Source: a candidate division WOR-3 bacterium
GTDB lineage: Bacteria; Hydrothermota; Tepidihabitantia; SM23-42
DNA: 64,000 bases
NCBI GenBank assembly: GCA_020349965.1
Contig: CP070705.1
Coordinates: 759,569 to 823,568 of the forward strand
Direction of reading: 5' to 3'
Position 1 is the stretch's first letter. Every line of letters starts with the position of its first letter. Positions 37,107 to 46,703 of this stretch are shown piece after piece. Under the pieces are notes generated by a model that had not been told where the DNA came from, ran no database searches, and saw only the letters and a program-made list of their open reading frames with translations. A program made the translations under genes and the position numbers.

Positions 37107-37683
37107 ATGCGGTACCTGCCACACCAGGTACAACATAGACGAACGGAAGATACCACCCGCTGGCGTGAAGGTTCGCTGCAAGAAATGCGGGAATGTGATC
37201 TACATACGAAGGCCGTCTCCTCAACCTGCCGTACCGAAAACCCAGACCGTACCTTCAGAGGGTGAGTCGCCGGCGACAACGAGGTCCACCATATCAAAGA
37301 CTGGGCCGCCGCCGCCAGTCGTCGAAAAGCCGCCTTCTCTGGAATTACCGAAAAAGGCAGAAGCCGAGCGCAAGGCGGTAGAAGAATCTGTTGAACGGAA
37401 AGTTCATCTCTCGGAAACACAGTTGAGCGATGAGGATAAGAAATGGCATGCGAGGGCGCGACGGTTGGCCAAGGCCCTGGCATCAGACCTCGTTCTGTAC
37501 AATAAATCCCGTGTCGAAAAGGGCCTGAAAGACGGAACTCTGGCTGAACTCCTAGGGCCGGAGATTCGCAGGTCCTGGGACTACTATTGTCAGCAGATTC
37601 CGAAACATATTGTAGATAGTACCGACTATTTTAAGGAGCAACTGAACACGATCGTCGGCAAAGGTATGAAAATATTCAAATAG
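37096..37683 (+). CDS. MJ0042-type zinc-ribbon protein with a Pro-rich linker and a conserved C-terminal domain
   Basis: 195 aa. The N-terminus 'CGTCHTRYNIDERKI…VRCKKCGNVIYI' is an MJ0042-family zinc finger. It overlaps the coaE end by 11 nt. Confidence 0.5.
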   Translation: MIAECGTCHTRYNIDERKIPPAGVKVRCKKCGNVIYIRRPSPQPAVPKTQTVPSEGESPATTRSTISKTGPPPPVVEKPPSLELPKKAEAERKAVEESVERKVHLSETQLSDEDKKWHARARRLAKALASDLVLYNKSRVEKGLKDGTLAELLGPEIRRSWDYYCQQIPKHIVDSTDYFKEQLNTIVGKGMKIFK

Positions 37684-37707
37684 AGGTATTCATTACCACG
37701 TAAGTCG

Positions 37708-38670
37708 TCAGGAACGGCGTCTTACCTTCCGGTAGTAAAAGACGAGCGCAAACGCAATGATTGTAAAATATGCGATGATATTGTATGGAAATGGTACGAT
37801 ATGTCTATCGTACCTATTTACGCAGTACGTGTCATATGTTACATAAGCAGTGAACACCTGAAAGACCGCGAACATCATGACGATGAAATAAGGCGTATCC
37901 GGTCTCCTCGTTGCCCTTCTGACTACGAGGAAAATACCGATGCTTAGGACAAGAAGGATCGTTGCCGGTAAGATACCTGAATAGAGAAAGGATATTCTGG
38001 ATGCCCACCCGTCAGGATTGCCCTGGAGGTCGAAATGGACCGCAATGCGTTCGGGCAGTTGCGTGTAGGCCACATAGATCAAAATCACGGTGAGCAGGAA
38101 AAGGACAGCAGGTAGTATGAGGATTAAACCGCTTGCCCGTTTTACGGTTTCAGGGGGTTCGGGCTCGAGTTTCTGCGTTTTGCCGCCGGCACCGGCGATC
38201 ACGGCGGCCAATTGGACCTCGAATCGGTCCATATCGTCAGGTGACAAAGCAAAGGCATTGTCCTTTGTTTTGAGGATGATCACGTTCTTGAGACTACGTA
38301 ATTGGCAGTTGACAGTGCCGTATTCCGCGGTGGAGAAAGTACCGTAGTAGCCAAAGAGGCCGCCATTGCCAAAGGTGCGCACAGCCTTGAGCTTCGTGAA
38401 ATCCGGTACGATCGTATAACCGAGAGTATCGGCTAACGATATCATGATTTCCCTGCCGATCACCTTTCTAACTATCAAATACGATCCTCTAAAACGATAT
38501 GCAACAGGACTATATAAGTAGGAGACAACAATGATCGAGAGCATGATCGCAACCAGAGTCCAGCCGTACGGCAGCGCCATGAAGAATACCGACAATCCGA
38601 CCAACAGCGCGCAAACTACGGCGGTTGTCACGATTGCCGGCAAATCGAGTTTTGCCGGTCTGAAATCCAC
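37708..38670 (-). CDS. Integral membrane protein (DUF1648/SdpI-like C-terminal motif; bacterial PH-like N-terminal region)
   Basis: 320 aa with multiple hydrophobic helices. The motif 'IAVHFDLQGNPDGWASR' resembles a DUF1648 signature. Confidence 0.5.
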   Translation of the reverse strand: MDFRPAKLDLPAIVTTAVVCALLVGLSVFFMALPYGWTLVAIMLSIIVVSYLYSPVAYRFRGSYLIVRKVIGREIMISLADTLGYTIVPDFTKLKAVRTFGNGGLFGYYGTFSTAEYGTVNCQLRSLKNVIILKTKDNAFALSPDDMDRFEVQLAAVIAGAGGKTQKLEPEPPETVKRASGLILILPAVLFLLTVILIYVAYTQLPERIAVHFDLQGNPDGWASRISFLYSGILPATILLVLSIGIFLVVRRATRRPDTPYFIVMMFAVFQVFTAYVTYDTYCVNRYDRHIVPFPYNIIAYFTIIAFALVFYYRKVRRRS

Positions 38671-38793
38671 AATGGGAGTATATCCCTGGCCCTTCGTGTG
38701 TCAATGATCGTGGCAGGGGTCAGCTGGCGCGGGCGTACCTACGATCCAATCGTGGAAACACTGGCATGCCATTTCTCAGAACACGCCGGCAAG

Positions 38794-39297
38794 CTATTTT
38801 ATTTGCTCCTTTACTTTCTCCAACTCATGGCGGAGTTCTTCGATCGCCTCTCGCAACTCATCGAGGTTCTTACGCATTTCCTCCGTCTTGAGAATAACCT
38901 TCAGGTCCGGAATATCTGGTATGTCGACTTCGAAACGGAGCTTTGATTTTTCACGCTGTCCGAGTGTGAGTGTTTTGGTGATATTCTTCCCCTGGCGGTG
39001 GAATTTGATGGTCACACGTTCGTTTGGCTTTCCCTTCACGGTTCGCTTCAGGGACTTGCCGTCGGTGATTTTCTGATCGTCTATTGTCAGTATGATATCC
39101 CCGGCCATCAACCCGATCGACTCGGCTGGCGAGCCTTCTTCGACGTCCTCGACGATCAAACCGTATTCTATGCCAAGCGCTATCCTCATCGCTTCGGATA
39201 GGTCGTGAGTAGCAACACCCAGATAGCCGAACATCTCTTGGTCAGCATGCAGTGACAGGGGCAAGACGAAAGCCATAACAATGACGATGTTCTTCAT
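38794..39297 (-). CDS. Secreted PDZ-domain protein with a C-terminal coiled coil
   Basis: 167 aa with a signal peptide and the PDZ motif 'GLIVEDVEEGSPAESIGLMAGDIILTIDDQKI'. Confidence 0.65.
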   Translation of the reverse strand: MKNIVIVMAFVLPLSLHADQEMFGYLGVATHDLSEAMRIALGIEYGLIVEDVEEGSPAESIGLMAGDIILTIDDQKITDGKSLKRTVKGKPNERVTIKFHRQGKNITKTLTLGQREKSKLRFEVDIPDIPDLKVILKTEEMRKNLDELREAIEELRHELEKVKEQIK

Positions 39298-39373
39298 CTG
39301 CTACCTCCTTTCTTAATTCGACGCCAGATAATGACGATTGGTTTAAATGATCAGCGAATGGACAGTCGGTCCT

Positions 39374-41437
39374 CTAAAGCGCCGGGCTGATCTTAATGAT
39401 GGTGTATTCGGTACGGTCTATTTTCACACGTTCGCCGCATTTTCTTCCCATCAGAATTTGGGCAAGAGGTGCTTCATTGGATATGATATTGTGCGACAGA
39501 TCAGTATCCCACCGCCCCATTATTGTGTAGTGTACGATCGAATCATCTTCGGTGCTCTGTAATTTTACAACTGCCCCGACGTTGACTTTATCTATGTTTA
39601 TCTTATGAGGATCGATTATTCGTGTATTGAGCAGTTCCGATTCGATGTTCTTTACTTTTGCGTACAGTTGATCCTGCTTCTCTTTTGCCGCCTTATATTC
39701 GAAATTCTCGCTGAGGTCGCCGAATTCACGGGCACTGCTTATCTCTTTCTTGTTTGCCGGAATCTCGACGGAAAGGATGTGCTCGAGTTCCCTCTTCTTA
39801 CGTGCCAGGGCAACTTCTGTGGCGTATATGACGTCAGACGCCTCCTCTGCCAAGTTCGGAAAGTGATGCTCGAGAATTCTCAGATAGCCGGATATCTCGT
39901 GGTCGGTCAATGTGTTACTGGTTCTGATCGAATCATGTATCCTTTCTGCATCACCCTCTTCTGCTCCGGATATGATAAGGTCAAAATTCTTCAATGCCAG
40001 AATTCTTTTGACGATTGCCGTGACACCCGGGACGTAGTTGGTGCAGTCGAGGATTCTAGGGATGAGGTTTGGTTTCAAATGGTCTTGGAGTGCTCCGCTC
40101 TCGATTTTCTTCAGCATCCAGTGAAACTGTTTGGGATATGCTCTCGGCATAGCAAGTATTCTCTGGTACGTTTCCTCCATTTTCTGAGGCACATCACTGA
40201 GATGGTCGGCGACAGCATCCATTATTCTGAAATCGTCAGAACCGAAAAATATTTCAGCCGCAGTAGTCTGCCACCTATCAGGTGCCTTTACCTTCACGTA
40301 TTCGAGGAAACTGCCGCGGTGCTTTGGGTTGGTAATTTCCTGCAGAATATCTGCGGGTTTGTGCGATTCGAGGAGATCGTCGATAGAGTAAGCCAATTCA
40401 GCGTCCGGTTTTCTGTTTTGGAGTAGCATTAAAATGTCCAGGGCTATGCCAGGGTGATCCTTCAGCGATTGTCTCCCCAATTTGGTGAGGTCGGGGATGA
40501 GGACATTGAAAATATCGGGCATCTTGTCGACGTATTCTTCGGCGATTCCATACCTGTCTTCCCATTTTGCCTTGTGAAATGCTTTGATCGCCTGATCTTC
40601 TTTGTCAGCAATCGTATCGACGTACGAGTAAGTCTTGGATGTTTTGCCGGCGATCCTTATATTATCATGTTTTTCGAGAATCTTACGCGTTTTTTCCCAG
40701 AACCTATTCAATCGGGTTTGTTCTATTATACCCTGGAGGAACCCTTTGATCTTCGATGCTGGCATCGGTTCACGGATACTGTGTAAAAGCATCACGACGA
40801 TTTCTTCGGGTTTTTCCTCGGCCAACTTTCTTAGCTTCTCCACTTCTGCATGCTTCAAGAATAGGAAATGGTTTCGGTCGACCGGTTTGAGCAGGCCTCG
40901 AGCCACGTCGATACTCAGGAAGTGTCGGTCTTTCTTCTCAAAATCCAAGACGATTTCTCGCTTCTCGGGAACGACGGCAACGACTTTACCCAAGCCGTAG
41001 CGTTCGAAGAAGAAGAATTTCCCTATGTCATATTTAAGGTATTCTTCGAGTCTGTGAATGGCTTTCATGATCGGCTCGTCACTATCGAAACCCGATTGCC
41101 GCAAGTAATCGTCGAGATGCTCGGATTTCAGATACTGGCGGCGGTAAAGGTCAATGAGTTTCTTGCGTATTCGTGGATGCTCTTCGTGAAAGCGAAGCAA
41201 GGACTTCTGGACCTCTATCGCACACTTCAGTCGGTCTCGGGCTTCATAGTGTTCGCCGAGAAGTTCGAGCAATAGAGATGCCTGTTCGATTTTCCCCTTT
41301 ACCTTCAGCGCATCGATGATGCCGAGATATTGTTCCAGCTCGATGCTGTCATCCGTGACGAGGTCGGTCCATAGATCGTCGAGCCTTTCAAATGCTCCAT
41401 CGGCGATGAGTTGTTTGGCCTGCTCAATATTTGACAT
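39374..41437 (-). CDS. Long GreA/GreB-family transcript-cleavage-factor homologue with a ~530-aa N-terminal extension
   Basis: 687 aa. The C-terminal ~150 aa carry GreA signatures ('EFGDLSENFEYKAAKEKQ', a coiled-coil, then the FKBP-like 'VNVGAVVKL…YTIMG…PLAQILMGRKCGERV'). The N-terminal region is helical and has no known motif. Confidence 0.75.
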   Translation of the reverse strand: MSNIEQAKQLIADGAFERLDDLWTDLVTDDSIELEQYLGIIDALKVKGKIEQASLLLELLGEHYEARDRLKCAIEVQKSLLRFHEEHPRIRKKLIDLYRRQYLKSEHLDDYLRQSGFDSDEPIMKAIHRLEEYLKYDIGKFFFFERYGLGKVVAVVPEKREIVLDFEKKDRHFLSIDVARGLLKPVDRNHFLFLKHAEVEKLRKLAEEKPEEIVVMLLHSIREPMPASKIKGFLQGIIEQTRLNRFWEKTRKILEKHDNIRIAGKTSKTYSYVDTIADKEDQAIKAFHKAKWEDRYGIAEEYVDKMPDIFNVLIPDLTKLGRQSLKDHPGIALDILMLLQNRKPDAELAYSIDDLLESHKPADILQEITNPKHRGSFLEYVKVKAPDRWQTTAAEIFFGSDDFRIMDAVADHLSDVPQKMEETYQRILAMPRAYPKQFHWMLKKIESGALQDHLKPNLIPRILDCTNYVPGVTAIVKRILALKNFDLIISGAEEGDAERIHDSIRTSNTLTDHEISGYLRILEHHFPNLAEEASDVIYATEVALARKKRELEHILSVEIPANKKEISSAREFGDLSENFEYKAAKEKQDQLYAKVKNIESELLNTRIIDPHKINIDKVNVGAVVKLQSTEDDSIVHYTIMGRWDTDLSHNIISNEAPLAQILMGRKCGERVKIDRTEYTIIKISPAL

Positions 41438-41523
41438 ATTCCATTATATCTGGATGTCTTGGGATTGCAACAAGGATAGAAAGAGAGAGGCCGGCTTGGC
41501 GCCGGCCTCTCGTGCAAGAAGGT

Positions 41524-42873
41524 TTACTTCTTCGTCGTTGTCTCAGCCACCTTTGTCTCAGCCACCTTCTGTTTGCTTATGAGAGCATATATAACACCAC
41601 CAAGGCTGATGGTCAATATGACATAGATAAGCGCGAAACCGATTACGAAGACAGGCGGTCCGATGAGTATGAGTACTATGGGCACCAACATTATTGCGAG
41701 CCAACCGAGACTTAACCGGCCGATCAGGCTTTCGACGTTCCAGTTGAATCCTTTGCAGACACGTTTCCCGGTGGTAAAAGAAAGTGCAGAGAGTCCGAAT
41801 ATTGTAGCGAGTAAGATCGCGAGGGGCAGAGCCATGAGGAGTGGTATGCCGATTATCGAAACGGCAAGGATGATGACCAAAGGCACGAATAATATCTGTA
41901 ACGCAAAACCCAAACCGACCGATACCCATACGTTCTGTTCGATTCTTGAGTCCACTTTCTCCACTGCCCTAGGAAATATGACTGCGATCAGTAGATTGAA
42001 TAGATAGAGAACCAACAGCATACCGAGAAATACGGCAGCTGGAAAAGCTTGGCCGCCAGGTATCATTCTTGGAAGCCTGAACGCCCGGCTAATGCGAGGC
42101 AAGATCTTCTCAAGTGCTTTGATCTCAACCGATTCGACCTTGCCGCGGACGATCGCATCCTCGTCACGTTCAACCGTGCCACCGACCATACTGATGTCGC
42201 CACTCACGACCGATGCCGAGTCAAGATAAACTGTCCCACCGACGACGTGGAGATCACCTTCGATAGTACCACGGTTTTTGATGTTACCGCCGAAGACAGC
42301 AGCATCTCCATCGATCGAACCTGTCAAGTCGAGGTTGCCGCCCAGTACTGCTACGTCGCCTTCGACGATACCGCTTATGTCCACGGTACCGCCCATGACG
42401 GCCAGGTCACCGCTGATCACGCCGTTGATCCGGGCGTTTCCACCGGTGATGGTAACATCGTCCTCTATGGTGTCCGTTTGTGGCAGGTTATAATCGCCGC
42501 TGAATGTCACGGCACCTGGGATCACGCTGAATATCCCCAGATCCGAGATCTCGATCTGCATTTGGGCGTTTCTTGGTCTTTCACAGTAGACCTCGATCTT
42601 CTTCTCGAGTGTTGCCGGTAGATATGGGGTCGGATGGAAATTGGCTTTTTCTTCGATCTGTAAGATGCCGGTCGTCTGTCTTTCTATGGCGTGATAACGC
42701 GGTGCAGTGACATCGATGCCTGGCAGCAATCCGCTCCAGGCAATGTCCTCCTCATCGTATCGTACTGCCATTACCTCTACTTCGGGTAGCGAGCCGACAT
42801 ACCCGTAATCGTCTGCGACGAGCGGGTTGACGATGGCCGCTACAGCAAATACCAACAATATCATGTTCTGCAT
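41524..42873 (-). CDS. Membrane-anchored bactofilin-like (polymer-forming cytoskeletal repeat) protein; putative anti-sigma-associated envelope protein
   Basis: 449 aa. It has a signal peptide, tandem 'GD..V.GG.V' β-helix repeats (ISGDLAVMGGTVDISGIVEGDVAVLGGNLDL…), and four or more C-terminal transmembrane helices. Confidence 0.6.
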   Translation of the reverse strand: MQNMILLVFAVAAIVNPLVADDYGYVGSLPEVEVMAVRYDEEDIAWSGLLPGIDVTAPRYHAIERQTTGILQIEEKANFHPTPYLPATLEKKIEVYCERPRNAQMQIEISDLGIFSVIPGAVTFSGDYNLPQTDTIEDDVTITGGNARINGVISGDLAVMGGTVDISGIVEGDVAVLGGNLDLTGSIDGDAAVFGGNIKNRGTIEGDLHVVGGTVYLDSASVVSGDISMVGGTVERDEDAIVRGKVESVEIKALEKILPRISRAFRLPRMIPGGQAFPAAVFLGMLLVLYLFNLLIAVIFPRAVEKVDSRIEQNVWVSVGLGFALQILFVPLVIILAVSIIGIPLLMALPLAILLATIFGLSALSFTTGKRVCKGFNWNVESLIGRLSLGWLAIMLVPIVLILIGPPVFVIGFALIYVILTISLGGVIYALISKQKVAETKVAETTTKK

Positions 42874-43385
42874 TTTGCCTCCTTTTGCAGCGTTTTACCT
42901 AAGATGTAGATAAATAGAACACTGAAAACCGCTCCGATAACTGGGCCTGTTGCGTCGATAGAATTCTTGACGACCGGGGTCAAAAGGCTGGTCAGCGATG
43001 AGACGACGATCGCTGCGTTGTCATAGAACCGCACGAGCGCCGGAAATGAAGTTGCGATCTTTCCCAGCAATTCAGCAGGCAGGGGGGAATATGCCGCGAA
43101 AAGGGCGGCGGCCAGCCAACCTCCGACAAGGACAATTCCCGCCTTCGCCCAGGCAAATCTCCTGCGCAATCCGAGTCTGGAAATGACCCGGTCGTTGAAA
43201 CCAGGCTGGGGGTAGAATTCAGTGAGTTTACGGAGTGCAGCCGTCGAGTGAACCATTTCTCTAGAGAATTCGGCACATTCTGGGCATACAGCCAGATGCT
43301 TATCCAGCCTGCCTTTGTCGCGGGGGCTTATTTCGCCATCGAGCGTCTTTTGGATCAGTCTTGCTATTTCTCTATGCTTCATCAA
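42861..43385 (-). CDS. Anti-sigma factor (zf-HC2 type), membrane-anchored
   Basis: 174 aa with the zf-HC2 motif 'HLAVCPECAEF' and a transmembrane segment. It follows the ECF sigma gene. Confidence 0.7.
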   Translation of the reverse strand: MMKHREIARLIQKTLDGEISPRDKGRLDKHLAVCPECAEFSREMVHSTAALRKLTEFYPQPGFNDRVISRLGLRRRFAWAKAGIVLVGGWLAAALFAAYSPLPAELLGKIATSFPALVRFYDNAAIVVSSLTSLLTPVVKNSIDATGPVIGAVFSVLFIYILGKTLQKEAKCRT

Positions 43386-43421
43386 TAGGTAATACGCAAT
43401 AAACGCGAGGAAGTTTCATGC

Positions 43422-43964
43422 TCATTCCTTTGGTTTATGGACGAGATCACGTAGCTTCCTGCGAGCCCGGTGCAGCCTGGTTTTGATGGTCGTGACTGGT
43501 ATGCTCAGAATTTCACTGATCTCCTGATAGGAATATTCCTCTTTATGGAAAAGAATGACCAGTTCACGGTCGATCGGAGGCAATTGACTGACTACGAGGT
43601 CGATCTGTTCCAATTTCCTCTTTTTCTCGTAGTCCGCTGTCAGGTCATCGCCGCTGCGATGGAACTCATCTATATATTCAAATTCGATTTTGTTCTTCCG
43701 GAAATGGTCCATCGTCAAATTATGGGCGATAGTGAAAAGCCATGTTGCGAACGGTCTCGATGTGTCGAAAGTGGCCAAGGCACGGAAACACTTAATGAAC
43801 GTATCGAACGTTATATCCTCAGCGTCGTGGTAATTACGGACCATCCGGTAGATGTAACTGAAGATCCTACCCTTGTACAAATTCAGTATTCGTTGGCAGG
43901 CACCTTCATCCCCGGACAATGCCTTCTGTATCAATGTGTGGATTTCGGCGGGCGCTTTTCTCAA
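43422..43964 (-). CDS. ECF-type RNA polymerase sigma-70 factor
   Basis: 180 aa. Region 2 reads 'FATWLFTIAHNLTMDHFRK' and region 4 reads 'SYQEISEILSIPVTTIKTRLHRAR'. Its start overlaps the nifU stop (ATGA). Confidence 0.85.
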   Translation of the reverse strand: MRKAPAEIHTLIQKALSGDEGACQRILNLYKGRIFSYIYRMVRNYHDAEDITFDTFIKCFRALATFDTSRPFATWLFTIAHNLTMDHFRKNKIEFEYIDEFHRSGDDLTADYEKKRKLEQIDLVVSQLPPIDRELVILFHKEEYSYQEISEILSIPVTTIKTRLHRARRKLRDLVHKPKE

Positions 43965-44404
43965 TGGGATTCTTTAGGGCAACCTTTAACCTTGACGGCA
44001 AGATCTTGGCGCCCGATTCTTTTCAGGTAATCTTTGATTGCTTCCTGGATGGCTTGAACACCGATGTTGGAGCAGTGCATTTTGATTGGGGGCAATCCGT
44101 CCAGGCTGTTCGCAACATCATCGCGTGACATCTGGATCACCTCAGAAAGGGTTTTGCCTTGCGCCATCTCGCTTGCCATCGATGCAACGGCGATGGCGGC
44201 ACCGCAGCCAAAGGTCTTGAACCGTATCTGGGAGATGCGTGCGGCATTCAGATCATCACTATGGGGTTCTACCTTTATATGGAATGTCATCAGATCGCCG
44301 CAGACCGGATTACCACAGGTACCGATGCCGTCGGGATTCTCGATTTCTCCGACGTTTCGCGGATTCATGAAGTGATCCATGACTTTTTGTGAATACTGCA
44401 TCAT
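43961..44404 (-). CDS. nifU: NifU/IscU-type Fe-S cluster scaffold
   Basis: 147 aa. The N-terminus 'YSQKVMDHFMNPRNVG' and the Cys ligands (GNPVCGD…GCGAAIA…HCS) match NifU/IscU. Confidence 0.85.
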   Translation of the reverse strand: MMQYSQKVMDHFMNPRNVGEIENPDGIGTCGNPVCGDLMTFHIKVEPHSDDLNAARISQIRFKTFGCGAAIAVASMASEMAQGKTLSEVIQMSRDDVANSLDGLPPIKMHCSNIGVQAIQEAIKDYLKRIGRQDLAVKVKGCPKESH

Positions 44405-44429
44405 CTCTCCTTATTGCATACGCGCGGGA

Positions 44430-45599
44430 TCAACGTTGGTAGAGCGGTGATATCTCTCGCAGCTTTTCAACGATACCAGGAAGCACGTTGATCACGGCAT
44501 CAGTATCTTTTTCTGTATTGAACCTGCCAAGCGAAAAGCGCAAAGAACCGTGCGCCAGCGCATGAGGTATACCCATTGCGACGAGTACGTGCGACGCCTC
44601 CAGACTGCCAGATGTGCAGGCTGAACCACTTGATGCGCATATTCCTTCAAGGTCTAGTTTAAGGAGCATCGATTCGCCTTCCACATACTCCACAGAGAAA
44701 TTGAGCGTACCTGACAGGCGCTCCGTTGGATGGCCGTTCAGGCTGACTTTCGGGATCTTCTCCCAAATGCTCTGCCAGAGCCTGTCTCGCAATGCCTTGA
44801 GACGGAGTTCTTCAGCGGTCATTTCATTGAGTGCGATCGCACACGCTTCACCGAGACCAATGATGCCAGGTACGTTCTCGGTGCCGGCGCGTTTGCTCCG
44901 TTCATGGTGTCCGCCGTGAGCCAGTGGGTCAAAGCGAATTCCCCGGCGTACGTAGAGTGCACCGATTCCCTTTGGGCCGTAGAATTTGTGGCCCGAGAGT
45001 GAAAGCATATCGACCATGAGGGCGTTCGTATCGATAGGGATCTTACCTACCGTCTGTACGGCGTCGGTGTGGAATATGGCACCGTGTCGGCGTGTTATCT
45101 CAATTATCTTCTGTATTGGCTCGATAGTGCCTGTTTCGTTGTTTGCGTGCATGATCGAAACCAGGAGGGTATGGTCATCGACCGCCCGGTTCAGAAAATC
45201 GAGATCTACGATACCGTGCCGATCGACAGGAACCTTCACCAGCTCGTAGCCGAATTTCTGCATGTATTCGCACACTGTAAGGACGGCATGGTGTTCGATC
45301 GATGATGTGATGATCTTTTTCCGTTCTTCCTGTGCAAAACAGGTGCCTTTGATCGCGATATTGTCCGACTCGGTTCCCCCTGACGTGAAGTAGATTTCGT
45401 CGCTCCGGCAACCCAAGAGCGCAGATACTCTTCCCCTCGCACTATCCACGGCTTGCCTGGCTTTTCGACCGGCGGCATGTATCGACGAGGGATTGCCCGG
45501 CATGGTGTGAAAGTACGGAAGCATAGCGTCCAGTACGCGCGGGTCAGTCGGTGTCGTCGCGTTGTTATCAAGGTAGATGCACTTCTCTTCTCTTGCCAT
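44430..45599 (-). CDS. nifS: Cysteine desulfurase (NifS/IscS class)
   Basis: 389 aa with the PLP-Lys motif 'SGHKFYGPKGIGALY' and the active-site loop 'SSGSACTS'. Confidence 0.9.
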   Translation of the reverse strand: MAREEKCIYLDNNATTPTDPRVLDAMLPYFHTMPGNPSSIHAAGRKARQAVDSARGRVSALLGCRSDEIYFTSGGTESDNIAIKGTCFAQEERKKIITSSIEHHAVLTVCEYMQKFGYELVKVPVDRHGIVDLDFLNRAVDDHTLLVSIMHANNETGTIEPIQKIIEITRRHGAIFHTDAVQTVGKIPIDTNALMVDMLSLSGHKFYGPKGIGALYVRRGIRFDPLAHGGHHERSKRAGTENVPGIIGLGEACAIALNEMTAEELRLKALRDRLWQSIWEKIPKVSLNGHPTERLSGTLNFSVEYVEGESMLLKLDLEGICASSGSACTSGSLEASHVLVAMGIPHALAHGSLRFSLGRFNTEKDTDAVINVLPGIVEKLREISPLYQR

Positions 45600-46667
45600 T
45601 TACGATTCCATGTCCTTGTAGCGGCGGAGTGCATCGTAGAATGCATGCCAGAAAGGATCGACTTCTGGATGCTCGAGTTTCTTCTCTTTCCCATCTTCTA
45701 CGAGAATCATCCCGCGTTCAGGTGCTGTCAATTCTCCAACGACCGATGCGGTGACGTCGTTTTCGGCAAGAATCCTCAACAGGTCCCCGACCTTATGTTC
45801 GCGACAGGTGATGATTAAAGTCCCCTCGCTTATTGATTTATAGGGGTCGATCTTGAAAAGGTTGCAGATCCGGCAAGCACGCTCGTCGGTAACGATTCGC
45901 GACTTGTCGATGCGCACTCCGAAACCGGCTGCCTCTGCCATCTCGTATATCCCGCCCCAGATCCCGCACTCGGTTGCGTCGTGCATCGCCGAGACTCCAT
46001 CATCGCGTACCCCGATCTTGACCGCAGTCAGAGCATCGTGTACGACCGACATTTTGTAAAAGAGGTCCTGTGCGGCATTTGCGAAGTCTTCACCGCATTG
46101 CCGCGCTATGTACGTGGGAAACATAGTAGCGAAGATCCCGGCAGCCTCTATCGCCGGACCTTTTGTGATGATCAACTGGTCACCCTCCTCCGCAAATCTT
46201 GGTGATACATATCTGTCGATATCGCCGACGGCCAGCACCGTGGCACCACCTACCATCGGATAGTGGCAGTTTTCGTACCTCGCCGTATGCCCGCACACGA
46301 TTGCCATTTCCATTTTCTTACATTCGGCGTCGATGGTGTTCCAGACAGTGGTAAGTTCTTCTTCGGTCATGGAGAGCGGCAGATTCAAATCGATCGTTAG
46401 ATATGCGGGCGGCAGTCCCGACGTTACTACATCGGAAGCAAGAATGTGGGTCGCGAACCAGGCTGCCTTATCAAAGCCATATTCGGGGACGATGAAGACC
46501 GGATCGCTGGTCATGGCGACGGCTTTGTTGCCGATTCGAACGACACCTACGTCAACACCGTGCTGCGGACCGACGAGGATTTCGGGGCGGGACGCACCAA
46601 GGTGAGGAAAGATCAGTTCTCTGAACGCTACTGCTGAGATCTTTCCGATTCCGGGCAGCTTAGACAT
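45600..46667 (-). CDS. AIR-synthase-related (PurM/HypE/SelD-superfamily) protein, co-operonic with nifS/nifU
   Basis: 355 aa with a PurM-like N/C domain pattern. There is no SelD Cys motif and no HypE C-terminal Cys. Confidence 0.65.
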   Translation of the reverse strand: MSKLPGIGKISAVAFRELIFPHLGASRPEILVGPQHGVDVGVVRIGNKAVAMTSDPVFIVPEYGFDKAAWFATHILASDVVTSGLPPAYLTIDLNLPLSMTEEELTTVWNTIDAECKKMEMAIVCGHTARYENCHYPMVGGATVLAVGDIDRYVSPRFAEEGDQLIITKGPAIEAAGIFATMFPTYIARQCGEDFANAAQDLFYKMSVVHDALTAVKIGVRDDGVSAMHDATECGIWGGIYEMAEAAGFGVRIDKSRIVTDERACRICNLFKIDPYKSISEGTLIITCREHKVGDLLRILAENDVTASVVGELTAPERGMILVEDGKEKKLEHPEVDPFWHAFYDALRRYKDMES

Positions 46668-46703
46668 AAATATTCTCTCCTTCTAAATGCAGACGACTGA
46701 AGT

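Noticed and set aside
41489-41513. GC-rich hairpin (gaggccggc-ttgg-cgccggcctc) between the GreA-like and bactofilin-like genes
   Set aside because: It is a plausible terminator for the upstream minus-strand operon, but it has no clear U-tract on the transcribed strand. I noted it but did not call it as a feature.
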